From Heteronotia binoei (Eukaryota): a DNA stretch of 64,000 nucleotides. Made by a program: the position numbers and the translations under genes. The stretch lies in NCBI RefSeq assembly GCF_032191835.1, contig NC_083227.1:6324001-6388000 (forward strand), written 5' to 3'. This document shows positions 34,801-48,083 of this stretch, piece after piece. Numbering within the stretch: the stretch's first letter is position 1; the number at the start of each line of letters is the position of its first letter. The notes under the pieces are model-generated. The model saw only the letters and a list, made by a program, of their open reading frames with translations, was not told where the DNA came from and ran no database searches.

Positions 34801-36424
34801 CCTGTGAAAAGAATCATAGAATCATAGAGTTGGAAGGGACCTCTAGGGTCATCTAGTCCAACCCCCTGCACAATGCAGGAAACTCACATCCCCCTAAATA
34901 CACAGGATCTTCATTGCTGTCAGATGGCCATCAGTAACGCTGTCCAGCCATCTCCTCTTTTGCCATCCCCTTCTTCTTTTGCCTTCTGTCTTTCTCAGCA
35001 TCAGGGTCTTCTCCAGGGAGTGCTCCCTTCTCATTGGGTGGCCAAAGTGTTTGCGATTCAGCTTCAGCATCTGACCTTCCAGGGAACAGTCTGGGTTGAT
35101 TTCCCTTAGGACTGACTGATTGGATCTTCTTGCAGTCCAAGGGACTCTCAAGAGTCTTCTCCAGCAATGATATGGGAGTAGGGAGTGACATTTTATATAC
35201 TGAACAGCATCTGAAATGTAATATTGTCAACTGATAATAGCACCAGACTGTTTCAACTGTTTTAATTGTTTATTTTAATTTATAATGCAACGTATTGTGA
35301 ACTGTTCTGATTTTAGTGGTTGTGAGTTGCCCTGAAGAAGAAGATATTGGATTTATATCCCGCCCTCCACTCTGAAGAGGCTCAGAGCGGCTCACAATCT
35401 CCTTTCCCTTCCTCCCCCACAACAGACACCCTGTGAGGTGGGTGGGGCTGAGAGGGCTCTCACAGCAGCTGCCCTTTCAAGGACAGAGGCTCAGAGCGGC
35501 CTACAATCTCCTTTCCCTTCCTCCCCCACAACAGACACCCTGTGAGGTAGATGAAGATATTGGATTTATATCCCACCCTCCACTCCGAAGAATCTCAGAG
35601 CGGCTCACAATCTCCTTTCCCTTCCTCCCCCACAACAGACACCCTGTGAGGTAGATGAAGATATTAGATTTATATCCCGCCCTCCACTCCGAAGAGTCAC
35701 AGAGCAGCTCACAATCTCCTTTCCCTTCCTCCCCCACAACAAACACCCTGTGAGGTGGGTGGGGCTGAGAGGGCTCTCACAGCAGCTGCCCTTTCAAGGA
35801 CAGAGGCTCAGAGCAGCTCACAATCTCCTTTACCTTCCTCCCCCACAACAGACACCCTGTGAGGTGGGTGGGGCTGAGAGGGCTCTCATAGCAGCTGCCC
35901 TTTCAAGGACAGTGTCTTAGAGCGGCCTACCATCTCCTTTCCCTTCCTCCCCGACAACAGACACCCTGTGAGGTGGGTGGGGCTGAGAGGGCTCTCACAG
36001 CAGCTGCCCTTTCAAGGACAGAGGCTCAGAGCAGCTCACAATCTCCTTTACCTTCCTCCCCCACAACAGACACCCTGTGAGGTGGGTGGGGCTGAGAGGG
36101 CTCTCATAGCAGCTGCCCTTTCAAGGACAGTGTCTTAGAGCGGCCTACAATCTCCTTTCCCTTCCTCCCCGACAACAGACACCCTGTGAGGTGGGTGGGG
36201 CTGGAGAGGGCTCTCACAGCAGCTGCCCTTTCAAGGACAACCTCTGCCAGAGCTATGGCTGACCCAAGGCCATTCCAGCAGGTGCAAGGGGAGGAGTGGG
36301 GAATCCAACCCAGTTCTCCCAGATAAGAGTCCACACACTTAACCACTACACCAAACTGGCTTTCCAAATTGAGCCTGCTCCAGCAGGGAAAGCAGGATAT
36401 AAATCCAATAAACTTAAACTTAAG

Positions 36425-37300
36425 ATGAAATTATAAAAGATTGTATGATTAAATGGGCGAAGAATATAGGCCGCAATATTGATTTAGATGAGTGGGAGGC
36501 TTTATGGAAGTTTAATATGAAATTAACTAAGTCATTTGCCCTTAAAGAGAATGTGTATAACATTTTTTATAGATGGTATGTAACTCCTGAAAAATTATCC
36601 AAAATGTATGTCAAAGTGTCTAATAAGTGTTGGAGATGTACATCTCGCATTGGAACTTTTTGCTATATCTGATGGACTTGTGATACGGTCAAAGACTATT
36701 GGAAGATGGTAAACGAACTATTGCAGAAAATACTAAAAAGACAAATTCATTTTAAACCAGAGTTATTTTCATTGAATTTGTATCCCAAGGACTATACAAT
36801 AGAGACAAGACATCTGATGGCGTGTTAATACAGCCGCGAGAATATTGTTTGCACAAAAATGGAAACACCAGGGACCGCCTACAAAGCAAGAACTGATTGG
36901 GAAAATACTGGAGACCGCTGAACTGAATTATCTATTGTCTTTACTTGGTGGAAAGACTAAGGAGAAAGCTGAAAAACATGGGGAGGCATTATATATTTGG
37001 CTTAATACTTCTGGTTGATTTCCCAAACGATGATATCCAATGATAATTGCTATTTTTCTCCCCCCCAATCTAGATATGTATAAGCTAGAACTTACAGTAT
37101 TCTTTATTTTTAATGTATTTTGAACTTATTGAATCTTTTTTTCCCCATTTACCTTTGTTGATATATTGATATGCAGAATGTAACATTTCTATATTTACTC
37201 TCATATTTGGCTCTTATTGCCTATTCTCTTTCCCCTTTCTATAGAAAATTTAATAAAATTCTTGAGCAAAAAAAATAAATAAATTAGTTATTGCAAAAAA
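36425..37300 (+). mobile_element. L1/Tx1-clade LINE 3' fragment with poly(A)
   Basis: FYRWYVTPEKL...KCWRC...GTF.(stop)WTC cysteine-rich C-terminus, then AATAAA and an A-rich tail. Confidence 0.8.
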
Positions 37301-38550
37301 AGAGAGAGAGAGAGGCCTTTTTAGGCAGTGTGGTGCAATGGTTAAGAGCAATGAACTCTAACCTGGAAAATGAAGAAGAAGAATTGCAGATTTATACCCT
37401 GTCCTTCTCCCTGAATTAGAGACTCAGAGCGGCTTACAATCTCCTATATCTTCTCCTCCCACAACAGACACCCTGTGAGGTGGGTGGGGTTGAGAGGACA
37501 ACCTGCCAGAGCTATGGCTGACCCAAGGCCATTCCAGCAGGTGCAAGTGGAGAATCAAACCCGGTTCTTCCAGATAAGAGTCCACGCACTTAACCATTAC
37601 ACCAAACTGGCTCTTTTCGATTTTTTTCATTCCCCTATGTGAAGCCAACTGGGTAGCAACCTTGGTCCAGTTCTGATTTTCTCAGACCACCTACCTCACA
37701 GGGTGTCTGCTGTGCGGAGAGGAAGAGAAGGAAATTGTAAGCTGCTTTGAGACTCCTTCGGGTAGAGAAAAGTGGAGTATAAAAAACAACTCTTTTCTTA
37801 GTGGCTGCCCACCTGTGAAACTCACTGCTTCAGGTTCTCTGCCAAGCTAACCCTTTTTGACATCTGCGATCACAAATTGGGGTCTACAGTTGTTTTTTTG
37901 GTATTGTTAAAACAAACAAACACAGACCCCAATTTGTGATTCTTTTAATCTGCTAAAAACATCCCCATGACTCTGCATGCCAACTCACTGCCCNNNNNNN
38001 NNNNNNNNNNNNNNNNNNNNNNNNNNNNNNNNNNNNNNNNNNNNNNNNNNNNNNNNNNNNNNNNNNNNNNNNNNNNNNNNNNNNNNNNNNNNNNNNNNNN
38101 NNNNNNNNNNNNNNNNNNNNNNNNNGCCCTATACTCTGAATCTCAGAGTCTCAGAGTGGTCACAATCTCCTCTACCTTCCCCCCCGCCCTCAACAAACAC
38201 CCTGTGAGGTAGGTGGGGCTGAGAGTGCTTTTATAGTGGACCATACACTGAACACAAGTCAGCAGTGTGGTGTGGCTGGGATGACTATTTCTCAGAGGTT
38301 TGTAAGGAGACCAGAGTCTCAAGGACTTTGAAGTTAATTCAGCCGATTGTCCAGAGTCGCCACTGGTCCAGACAGAGGAGTTTGAACTTATCTTTATTTT
38401 ATTTATTTATTTTTATACTTATTTTGATTTGATTTGATTCCATTCGATTTGATTCAATTTATTATTATTCAACTTATTAAACCAGGGAAGGCCCCAGGTC
38501 CAAATGTTATTCCTCTAGAGCTTAGTAAGGCATTCCTTGAGTGGTGGACC

Positions 38551-38723
38551 CAGGGGTGGAATTCTAGAAGGAGCTCCTTTGCATATTAGGCCGCACCCCC
38601 CCCCAATATAGCCAGTCCTACAAGAGCTTACAAAAAAGAGCCTTGTGAGCTCTTGGAGGATTGGCTACATCAGGGGGGTGTGGCTTAATATGCAAAGGAG
38701 CTCCTGCTAGAATTCCGCCCCTG
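38551..38723. mobile_element. Palindromic hAT MITE
   Basis: Long TIR caggggtggaattctag(a/c)aggagctcctttgcatatta; TSD ggtggacc/agtggacc. Confidence 0.8.
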
Positions 38724-38779
38724 AGTGGACCCCCTTTTTGGCACCTCTATTCACAGCCATTGATAAGACAGGTGTAATA

Positions 38780-39120
38780 CTTGAAGCCCGGACAAATGCA
38801 TAGTGTTCCCTGTATTCAAAAAAGGAGATGGCTATCTTTCTAGTAATTATAGACCTATTAGTCTTCTTTCTACTGCTGGGAAACTCTTTGCAAGATATTT
38901 GGCCAAAAATCTTAAATCATGAATGTCGGAACAGCAAATCTTAGGTATACAGCAGTCTGGTTTTTGTAACGGGAAATCGACCCCTGATCGCTATTTAGTG
39001 TTAAATCATCTAGTGGACAAGGATAGGAAAGAAAAGGGCCTTAAGTTGTTTGCAGCCTTTCTGGACCTCAAGCGTGCCGAGAGACCTACTCTGGAATAAA
39101 TTTAGGGATCAAGGGATTGA
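38780..39120 (+). mobile_element. Degenerate non-LTR reverse transcriptase fragment
   Basis: Translates to VPVFKKGD...SNYRPISLLSTAGKLFA and LFAAFLDLK; disrupted. Confidence 0.7.
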
Positions 39121-40929
39121 TGAGAGACTTCTTTTCCCAATCAAAAATTTATATTCTAATAAAGGTAAAGGTAGTTCCCTCTGTAAGCAGCCCCGTGGCA
39201 CAGAGTGGTAAAGCTGCAGCGTTGCAGTCTGAACTCTCTGCTCACGATCCCGGCGGAAGCTGGGTTCAGGTAGCCGGCTCAGGGTTGGTTAAAATGAGTA
39301 CCCAGCTTGCTGGGGGGAAAGTGTAGATGACTGGGGAAGGCAATGGCAAACCACCCCGTAAAAAGACTGCCATGAAGACAACGTAATGCAACGTCACCCC
39401 AGAGTCGAAAACGACTGGCGCTTGCACAGGGGACTACCTTTACCTTTTTAGTCCCCTATGTACAATTAAAGCAGTGTACTTAATATCTCCAACACATTAA
39501 AAAAAATTACACAGAACACTAGTAACGCTTATGAGAAAAAATCAAAATGTTGTAACACACACACTGTTGCCAATAAATACAATAACCAGAGTTACCTAAA
39601 TCGAACCACCAAATTCCGTTACAGTTCCATCCAAGGAGTATGTAAAGACTTGTTCAGCACTCAAAAGTGATATGAATATAAATTCTCCAAATGTGCATGA
39701 AGTAGATTCTCAATGGAATTTTGATCGTTACAATTCCCATTTTGATAAATATCTTTGTCAAGAGATGCACATATAAGAAGAAGAAGATGATGATATTGGA
39801 TTTATATCCCGCCCTCCACTCCCAAGAGTCTCAGAGCAGCTCACAATCTCCTTTCCCTTCCTCCCCCACAACAGACCCCTGTGAGGTGAGTGGGGCTGAG
39901 AGGGCTCTCACAGCAGCTGCCCTTTCAAGGACAGAGGCTCAGAACGACTCACAATCTCCTTTCCCTTCCTCCCCCACAACAGACACCCTGTGAGGTGGGT
40001 GGGGCTGAGAAGGCTCTCACAGCAGCTGCCCTTTCAAGGACAGTCTCAGAGCGGCCTACAATCTCCTTTCCCTTCCTCCCCCACAACAGACACCCTGTGA
40101 GGTGGGTGGGGCTGAGAAGGCTCTCACAGCAGCTGCCCTTTCAAGGACAGTCTCAGAGTGGCCTACAATCTCCTTTCCCTTCCTCCCCCACAACAGACAC
40201 CCTGTGACCTTGACAGGCTGGAAAACTGGGTGAAAATCAATAAAATGAATTTTAACAGGGATAAATGTAAAGTTCTGCTTTTAGGTAGGAAAAATCCAAT
40301 GCATGGTTATAGGATTGGGGAGACTTGTCTTAGCAGTAGTCTGTGCGAAAAGGATCTAGGGGTCTTAGTGGACCATATGCGTGTGATACGGTGGCTAAAA
40401 AGGCAAATGCAATTTTGGGCTGTATCAACAGAAGTATAGTGTCCAGATCACGTGATGTGATGGTATCGCTTTACTCTGCTCTGGTAAGACCTCACCTGGA
40501 GTATTGTGTTCAGTTTTGGGCTCCACATTTTAAAAAGGATACAGACAAGCTGGAACGGGTCCAGAGGAGGGCGACGAAGATGGTGAGTGGTTTGGAGACC
40601 AAGTCCTATGAGGAAAGGTTGAAGGAGCTGGGGATGTTTAGCCTGGAGAGGAGGCGGCTGAGAGGTGATAGGATCACCATCTTCAAGGACTTGAAGGGCT
40701 GTCCTATAGAGGATGGTGTGGAATTGTTTTCTGTGGCCCCGGAAGGTAGGACCAGAACCAATGGGTTGAAATTAAATCAAAAGATTTTCCGGCTCATCAT
40801 TAGGAAGAACTTCCTGACCGTTAGAGCGGTTCCTCAGTGGATCAGGCCAATGGCCCATCCAGTCCAACACTCTGTGTCACACAGTGGCCAATGCACACAC
40901 ACACATATGTAGTGTTTGTGACACTACAG

Positions 40930-41395
40930 AAAGAAATGCCTTCTTTTTGACCCAGGTTTATCAGCAATGCAATCATTAACCGGTAGTCTCACATTCTCAC
41001 ATGTTCCTGTTTGATGGTTTCCCACGCTCATGCAACCCAGATCAAAGGTTTTCTGAATTTATTAATTTTGCTATTCTGCAATTGCAGGGGTGGCCAACGG
41101 TAGCTCTCCAGATGTTTTTGCTTACAACTCCCATCAGCCCCAGCCATTGTAGGCAAAAAAACATCTGGAGAGCTACCGTTGGCCACCCCTGGGCTATTGG
41201 TTTATAACTTTGTACCACTTGGCATTCCAAACCTCACCAGCGATATGTGTCTCCGCTTACTGTACCTCATTCCTCGTCTGAAGAAGCGGGCATGCACACG
41301 AAAGCTTGCGTTCTGAATAAAACTACGTCTTAAAGGTGCAATCGACTCCTCTTTTGTTCTACTGCTTCAGACCAACACGGCTGCCTATTTGGATC
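40930..41395 (+). mobile_element. Penelope pLTR remnant with a hammerhead motif (41275-41310) and a nested palindromic MITE (41086-41190)
   Basis: cgt-CTGAAGA-a-stem II-GAAAGCTT-gcg, then aataaa...tcttaaaggtgc...cttcagaccaacacggctgcc. Confidence 0.7.
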
Positions 41396-42114
41396 TTTTT
41401 AACCTTTTGTGACAGATCAAGATGGGGAGCCCAGTTCGACTGTCTGTAGCAGAAGAACCCCGTGGCGCAGAGTGGTAAAGCTGCAGTACAGCAGTCTGAG
41501 CTCTGCTCACAACCTGAGTTCGATTTCGGTGGAAACTGGATTCAAGTAGCCGGCTCCAGGTCGACTCAGCCTTCCATCCTTCCGAGGTTGGTAAAATGAG
41601 TCCCCAGCTTGCTGGAGGGAAAGTGTAGAGGACTGGGGAAGCCAATGGCAAACCACTCCGTAGAAAAAGTCGAAACGACTGGTGCTTGCACAGGGGACTA
41701 CCTTTACCATTTTTAGCAGAAAAGCACAAGAGCCCAGCAGCACCTTTAAAGGCTAACAAAATTTGCGGCATGATAGGAGCCCTGTGACGCAGAGTAGTAA
41801 GCTGCAGTGCTGCAGTCCAAGCTCTGCTCACGACCTGAGTTTGATCCTGGAGGAAGCTGGGTTCAGGTAGCCGGCTCAAGGTTGACTCAGCCTTCTGAGG
41901 TTGAGGTCGGTAAAATGAGTACCCAGCTTGCTGGGAGGGGGGGAGGGTAAAGTATTGATGTCTGGGGAAGGCAATGGCAAACCACCCCGTAAAAAAAGTC
42001 TGCACATCATCCCAGAGTCAGAAACGACTGGTGCTTGCATAGGGGACTACCTTTACCTTTTTAGGAGCTTTCAGGAAAGCCCCAACCCTGCCACAAATTT
42101 TGTTAGTCTTTAAG

Positions 42115-43693
42115 GTGGTGGCTACAGGAGGTGGTGGCTGCTGCAAGCATAGACAGCTTCAAGAGGGGATTGGATAAGCATATGGAGCAGAGGTCCATCC
42201 GTGGCTCTTAGCCACAGTGTATTGTTGGAATTCTGTCTGGGGCAGTGATGCTCTGTATTCTTGGTGCTGGGGGGGCAACAGTGGGAGGATTTCTAGTGTC
42301 ACAGGAGGAGGTGGTGGCTACAAGCATAGACAACTTCAAGAGGGGATTGGATAAGCATCTGGAGCAGAGGTCCATCAGTGGCTATTAGCCACAGCGTACT
42401 GTTGGAACTCTCTGTCTGGGGCAGTGATGCTCTGTATTCTTGGTGCTTGGGGGGAGGGACAGTGGGAGGGCTGGGTGTTGGGGGGGCCACAGTGGAAGTG
42501 CTTCTAGCCACACTTGTGAACCTCCTGATGGCACTTGGGTGGTTTTTTTGGGGCCACTGTGTGACACAGAGTGTTGGACTGAATGGCCATTGGCCTGATC
42601 CAACATGGCTTCTCTTATGTTCTTATGTGACACAGAGTGTTGGATTGGATGGGCCATTGGCCTGATCCAACATGGCTTCTCTTATGTTCTTCTGTGACAC
42701 AGAGTGTTGGACTGAATGGCCATTGGCCTGATCCAACATGGCTTCTCTTATGTTCTTCTGTGACACAGAGTGTTGGACTGGATGGGCCATTAGCCTAATC
42801 CAACATGGCTTCTCTTATGTTCTTCTGTGACACAGAGTGTTGGACTGGATGGGCCATTGGCCTGATCCAACATGGCTTCTCTTATGTTCTTATGTGACAC
42901 AGAGTGTTGGACTGGAGGGGCAATTGGCCTGATCCAACATGGCTTCTCTTATGTTCTTCTGTGACACAGAGTGTTGGACTGGATGGGCCATTGGCCTGAT
43001 CCAACATGGCTTCTCTTATGTTCTTCTGTGACACAGAGTGTTGGACTGGATGGGCCATTAGCCTAATCCAACATGGCTTCTCTTATGTTCTTCTGTGACA
43101 CAGAGTGTTGGACTGGATGAGCCATTGGCCTGATCCAACATGGCTTCTCTTATGTTCTTATGTGACACAGAGTGTTGCACTGGATGGGCCACTGGCCTGA
43201 TCCAACATGGCTTCTCTTATGTTCTTTTGTGACACAGAGTGTTGGACTGGATGGGCCATTGGCCTGATCCAGCATGGCTTCTCATATGTTCTTATGTGAC
43301 TCAGAGTGTTGGACTGGATGGGCCACTGGCCTGATCCAGCATGGCTTCTCTTATGTTCTTATGTGACACAGAGTGTTGGACTGGATGGGCCATTGGCCTG
43401 ATCCAACATTGCTTCTCTTATGTTCTTATGTGACTCAGAGTGTTGGACTGGATGGGCCATTGGCCTGATCCAACATGGCTTCTCTTATGTTCTTATGTGA
43501 CACAGAGTGTTGGACTGGAGGGGCCATTGGCCTGATCCAACATGGCTTCTCTTATGTTCTTATGTGACACAGAGTGTTGGACTGGATGGGCCACTGGCCT
43601 GATCCAACATTGCTTCTCATGTTCTTATGTGATACAGAGTGTTGGACTGGATGGGCCACTGGCCTGATCCAACATGGCTTCTCTTATGTTCTT
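42115..43693 (+). repeat. CR1-A 3' region with about 17 tandem 67-bp terminal units (42560-43693)
   Basis: Same unit and junction as 20987-22005, in the opposite orientation. Confidence 0.9.
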
Positions 43694-45399
43694 AAGGTGC
43701 TGCTGGACTTTTGCTCTTTTATACTCTTCTAGTGTGGGGTGGGGCGTGTGGGGGAATCAAAACGACCGACAACAGCCCATCAGATATAACTCTATCATGA
43801 ACTGCAGCCGGACATAGGTCAAACCAAAGGGGATTTTATGATCTTTAATGTATAGATTGGGGCAAGAACTGGTTTTGAAAGCAGAACAGCTGGATAGGTT
43901 TCCTTCTGAGGCCTGGGTGCGGTTTCTGCTCCACTTCCTTCCGGTTTTTTCCCCCTCCCTTCAGCTGGATCAGGGTAAACCACCTGTTACCCCAGTCTAC
44001 GGGTAAATGTATCCCATTGGTTGGACCTTGGATTTAAGAGCTGTGTGTGTCTCTGGAATGCTCAGCTTGCCTTTAAAAAGCACGTCATTCATTTTAAAAG
44101 AGAAAATATTTGACAGTATTCCCCCCCTTCACCTCCAGTCAGGAAAGAAAAAATGCAAAAAGAGGAGCAAAGGTGTGTGTGTGTGATTTAAAAACCACAA
44201 TTTCCTCCCCTCCCCCCCACCCCAGGCCTTCATGAGGGAAAAGGTAGACGCCATAATGCCGTAAAACTTGTAATTATATACCTTTGTTTTCCATCGGAAT
44301 CAGCTTGCTGAGGCAACCATAATGCAATATAATGAAGTTGGGCAAAAGTTAAAGTTTAAGAAATGAGAATCGCTACATGCGCAAACAGGCCAAGACAGCC
44401 AGACAGGGAGCAGATGTTTCCCATTGTTTGTCTTCTAGACTAACACAACCTGAGATAACAGGAAAGCCACAAACGTCTGAGAAGATAAGAAGACAAAAAA
44501 GGAGGTAAGGAGGTGGTAAGGAGAAGACAAAAAAGACGAAAAAGACGACAAAGAAGATGATGTTGGATTTATACCCCACCCTTCTCTCTGAATCAGAGCG
44601 GCTCACAATCTCCTTTCCCTTCCTCCCCCACAACAGACACCCTGTGAGGTGGGTGGGGCTGAGAGGGCTCTCACAGCAGCTGCCCTTTCAAGGACAGAGG
44701 CTCAAAGCGGCCTACAATCTCCTTTCCTTTCCTCCCCCACAACAGACATCCTGTGAGGTGAGTGGGGCTGAGAGGGCACTCACAGCAGCTGCCATTTCAA
44801 GGGAAAGGAGATTGTAGGCCACTCTGAGCCTCTGTCCTTGAAAGGGCAGCTGCTGTGAGAGCCCTCTCAGCCCCACCCACCTCACAGGCTGTCTGTTGTG
44901 GGGGAGGAAGGGAAGGAGATTATAGGCCGCTCTGACACTCTTTCCTGAAAGGGCAGCTTCTGGGAGAGCTCTCTCAGCCCCACCCACTTCACAGGGTGTC
45001 TATTGTGGGGGAGGAAGGGAAAGGAGATTGTGAGCGCTCTGAGACTGGGAGTGGAGGGCGGGATATAAATCCAATATCCTAACTTAAGAACATAAGAGAA
45101 GCCATGTTGGATCAGGCCAACGGCCCATCAAGTCCAACACTCCGTGTCACACAGTGGCAAAAAATGTTATATACACACATACACTGTGGCTAATAGCCAC
45201 TGATGGACCTGTGCTCCATATTTTTATCTAAACCCCTCTTGAAGGTGGCTATACTTGTGGCCGCCACCACCTCCTGAATTCCACATGTTAATCACCCTTT
45301 GGGTGATGCAGCAGCTTCCAACTTCCAGGCCAGCAGCTCACCCAGTAGAATTTTTGCTTGCCCAACTCCACAGCTCAGCCTTAGGGGGAACATTGGGGA

Positions 45400-45605
45400 G
45401 GGACGGTGGCTCAGTGGTAGAGCATCTGCTTGGGAAGCAGAAGGTCCCAGGTTCAATCCCTGGCATCTCCAAAAAAGGGTCCAGGCAAATAGGTGTGAAA
45501 AGCCTCAGCTGGAGACCCTGGAGAGCCGCTGCCAGTCTGAGAAGACAAGACTGACTTTGATGGACCAAGTGTCTGATTCAGTATAAGGCAGCTTCATATG
45601 TTCAT
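45400..45605 (+). mobile_element. Squam2-like SINE just upstream of the MHC I promoter, preceded by a CR1-A 3' end (45083-45306, minus)
   Basis: A/B boxes and tail as at 3722-4207. Confidence 0.8.
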
Positions 45606-45692
45606 ATTGCTACTCGGGCTGCCTTTGCAGCCTGCCTTCCCTGCAGCAGGTGGAGAAAGCCACGGGACCCGCAGCCTCCCTGCGAAGGGGCG

Positions 45693-45703
45693 GGGGCTTC
45701 CCC
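45693..45703. promoter_or_regulatory. NF-kB site resembling MHC class I enhancer A
   Basis: GGGGCTTCCCC versus enhancer A GGGGATTCCCC, about 165 nt upstream of the ATG in a CpG island. Confidence 0.6.
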
Positions 45704-45867
45704 AAAGGGAGCTTTCTCCTTCCCCCCCCCCCCCGCCTCCCCTGGGAGTTCACAGGGGACTTTGTTCCCTACCCCGCCCCCTCCACGGCCCGGGATCGGT
45801 CCAGCTTTCCCTGCCCGGATTCCCCTCCGAAGCATCTCGGCCCCGAGGGCGCGGCCAGGCTCCGGCG

Positions 45868-45946
45868 ATGTCGACCACCTGCGCGCCCTCCCCCCTGCTC
45901 TTCCTCCTGGTGGGGGTCGCCCCCCTGCTCGCCGGGGGCACGGCCG
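45868..45946 (+). CDS. MHC class I heavy chain exon 1 (signal peptide MSTTCAPSPLLFLLVGVAPLLAGGTA)
   Basis: Hydrophobic leader, CG|GTGAGT donor in phase 1, CpG island. Confidence 0.85.
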
Positions 45947-46008
45947 GTGAGTCAGTCGGGGGGGGGAGAGGGGGGGACCCGCGGACCCATCCCAGACGGG
46001 GGGGGGGG

Positions 46009-47728
46009 CTAGAGTTGCCAAGTCCAGTTCAAGAAATATCTGCAGACTTTGGGGATGGAGCCAGGAGACTTTGGAGTGGAGCCAGGAGACCTTGGGGTGG
46101 GGCCAAGAGACTTCGGGGGTGGAGCCGGGAGACTTTGGGGGTGGAGCCAGGAGACTTTGGGATGGAGCCAGGAGACCTTGGGTTGGAGCCAGGAGACTGG
46201 GGGTGGAGCTAGGAGATCTTGGGGTGGAGCCAGGAGACTTTGGGGATGGAGCCAGGAGACTTTGGAGTGGAGCCAGGAGACCTTGGGGTGGAGCCAAGAG
46301 ACTTTGGGGGCGGAGCCAGGAGACTTCGGGGGTGGAGCCACGAGACTCTGGAGTGGAGCCAGGAGACCTTGGGGTGGGGCCGGGAGACTTTGGGGGTGGA
46401 ACCAGGGGACCTTGGGGTGGAGCCAGGAGACTTTGGGGGTGGAGCTAGGAGATCTTGGGGTGGAGCCGGGAGACTTTGGGGGTGGAGCCAGGAGACTTTG
46501 GGATGGAGCCAGGAGACCTTGAGTTGGAGCCAGGAGACTGGGGGTGGAGCTAGGAGATCTTGGGGTGGAGCCGGGAGACTTTGGGGATGGAGCCAGGAGA
46601 CTTTGGAGTGGAGCCAGGAGACCTTGGGGTGGAGCCAAGAGACTTTGGGGGCGGGGCCAGGAGACTTTGGGGGTGGAGCCACGAGACTCTGGGGTGGAGC
46701 CAGGAGACCTTGGGGTGGGGCCGGGAGACTTTGGGGGTGGAACCAGGGGACCTTGGGGTGGAGCCAGGAGACTTTGGGGGTGGAGCTAGGAGATCTTGGG
46801 GTGGAGCCGGGAGACTTTGGGGGTGGGGCCAGGAGACTTTGGGATGGAGCCAGGAGACCTTGGGTTGGAGCCAGGAGACTGGGGGTGGAGCTAGGAGATC
46901 TTGGGGTGGAGCTGGGAGACTTTGGGGGTGGAGCCAGGAGACTTTGGGATGGAGCCAGGGGACCTTGGGGTGGAGCCAGGAGACTGGGGGTGGAGCTAGG
47001 AGATCTTGGGGTGGAGCCGGGAGACTTTGGGATAGAGCCAGGGGACCATGGGGTGGAGCTGGGAGACTTTGGGGTGGAGCCAGGAGACCTTGGGTTGGAG
47101 CCAGGGGACCATGGGGTGGAGCCGGGAGGCTTTGGGGGTGGAGCCAGGAGATCTTGGGGTGGAGCCGGGAGACTTTGGGAGTGGAGCCAGGAGACTTTGG
47201 GGTGGAGCCAGGAGACCTTGGAGTGGAGCCAGGAGACTTTGGGGTTGGAGCCAGAAGACCTTGGAGAGGAGCCAAGAGACTTAGGGGATGGAGCCAGAAG
47301 CAAGGGTGTGACAAGCATCATTGAACTCCTGGCCCTCACATTGAAAGGGACTGTCTGCAGACGTTTTAAATGCCTTCTCTCCATTGGAAATAATGAAGGA
47401 TAGGGGCACCTTCTTTGGGGGCTCATAGAATTGGACCCCCTGGTCCAATCCTTTTGAAACCTGGAGGGCCTTTTGGGAAGAGGCTGAGGATGCTATGATG
47501 AAAATTTGGTGTCTCTGCCTCAAAAAACAGCCCCTCCCTAGAGCCCGAGATACCCGCAGATCAATTCTCTATTATTTCCTATGGGAATTGGCCTCCATAG
47601 AGAATAATGGAGTGCCCAGCTGACATTTCCCTCCCTCCCCCCGCTTTCTGATGACCTTGAAGCGGGGGGGGGGGGCCAAACCGGGGGGGGGTATCCCCTG
47701 CCTCCACTTGGGGATTGGGCAACTAGAA
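46009..47728. repeat. MITE (family of 204-720) with an internal G-rich 20-22-bp VNTR (about 46045-47300)
   Basis: Unit ggggtggagccaggagact(t); identical ORF starts at 46219 and 46560 show a 341-bp higher-order repeat. Confidence 0.85.
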
Positions 47729-47949
47729 AAGAGTCACACGGGATGTGGAACTGGAGAACTAGTGTAGGCACCGTGTACCACTAACTCCTGTAATAGAGTT
47801 AACCCAAAAATAATTATTCATTAATTAAGTAGAAACCACAAGGGTATGGAAATTTCTTCAATGTCAAAAATTAGTTCCCACAAGGGAGTAAAGCTGACAG
47901 GCAAAACTGGTCTATTTCCCCCCTGTTTCGCTGCAAGCTTTATCTAAGC

Positions 47950-48083
47950 CAGGGGTGGCCAACGGTAGCTCTCCGGATGTATTTTTGCCTACAACTCAGC
48001 CCCAGCCATCAGCCATGCTGCCTGGGGCTGATGGGAGCTGTAGGCAAAAAAAACATCTGGAGAGCTACCGTTGGCCACCACTG
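47950..48083. mobile_element. Palindromic hAT MITE; also at about 2396-2510, 9137-9260 and 17735-17830
   Basis: caggggtggccaacggtagctctcc arms with a perfect TSD atctaagc. Confidence 0.85.

Noticed and set aside
42560-43693. CRISPR-like regular repeats
   Set aside because: No unique spacers; eukaryotic DNA; the unit is the CR1 3' end.
44282-44476. Minus-strand segment with a strong acceptor and an AAG|GTATAT donor upstream of MHC I
   Set aside because: The traced frame has a stop and there is no partner exon; it could be a non-coding exon but cannot be supported.
45602-47426. Long Pro/Gly/Trp-rich ORFs up to 405 aa
   Set aside because: Open frames of the VNTR on both strands, with no coding signal.
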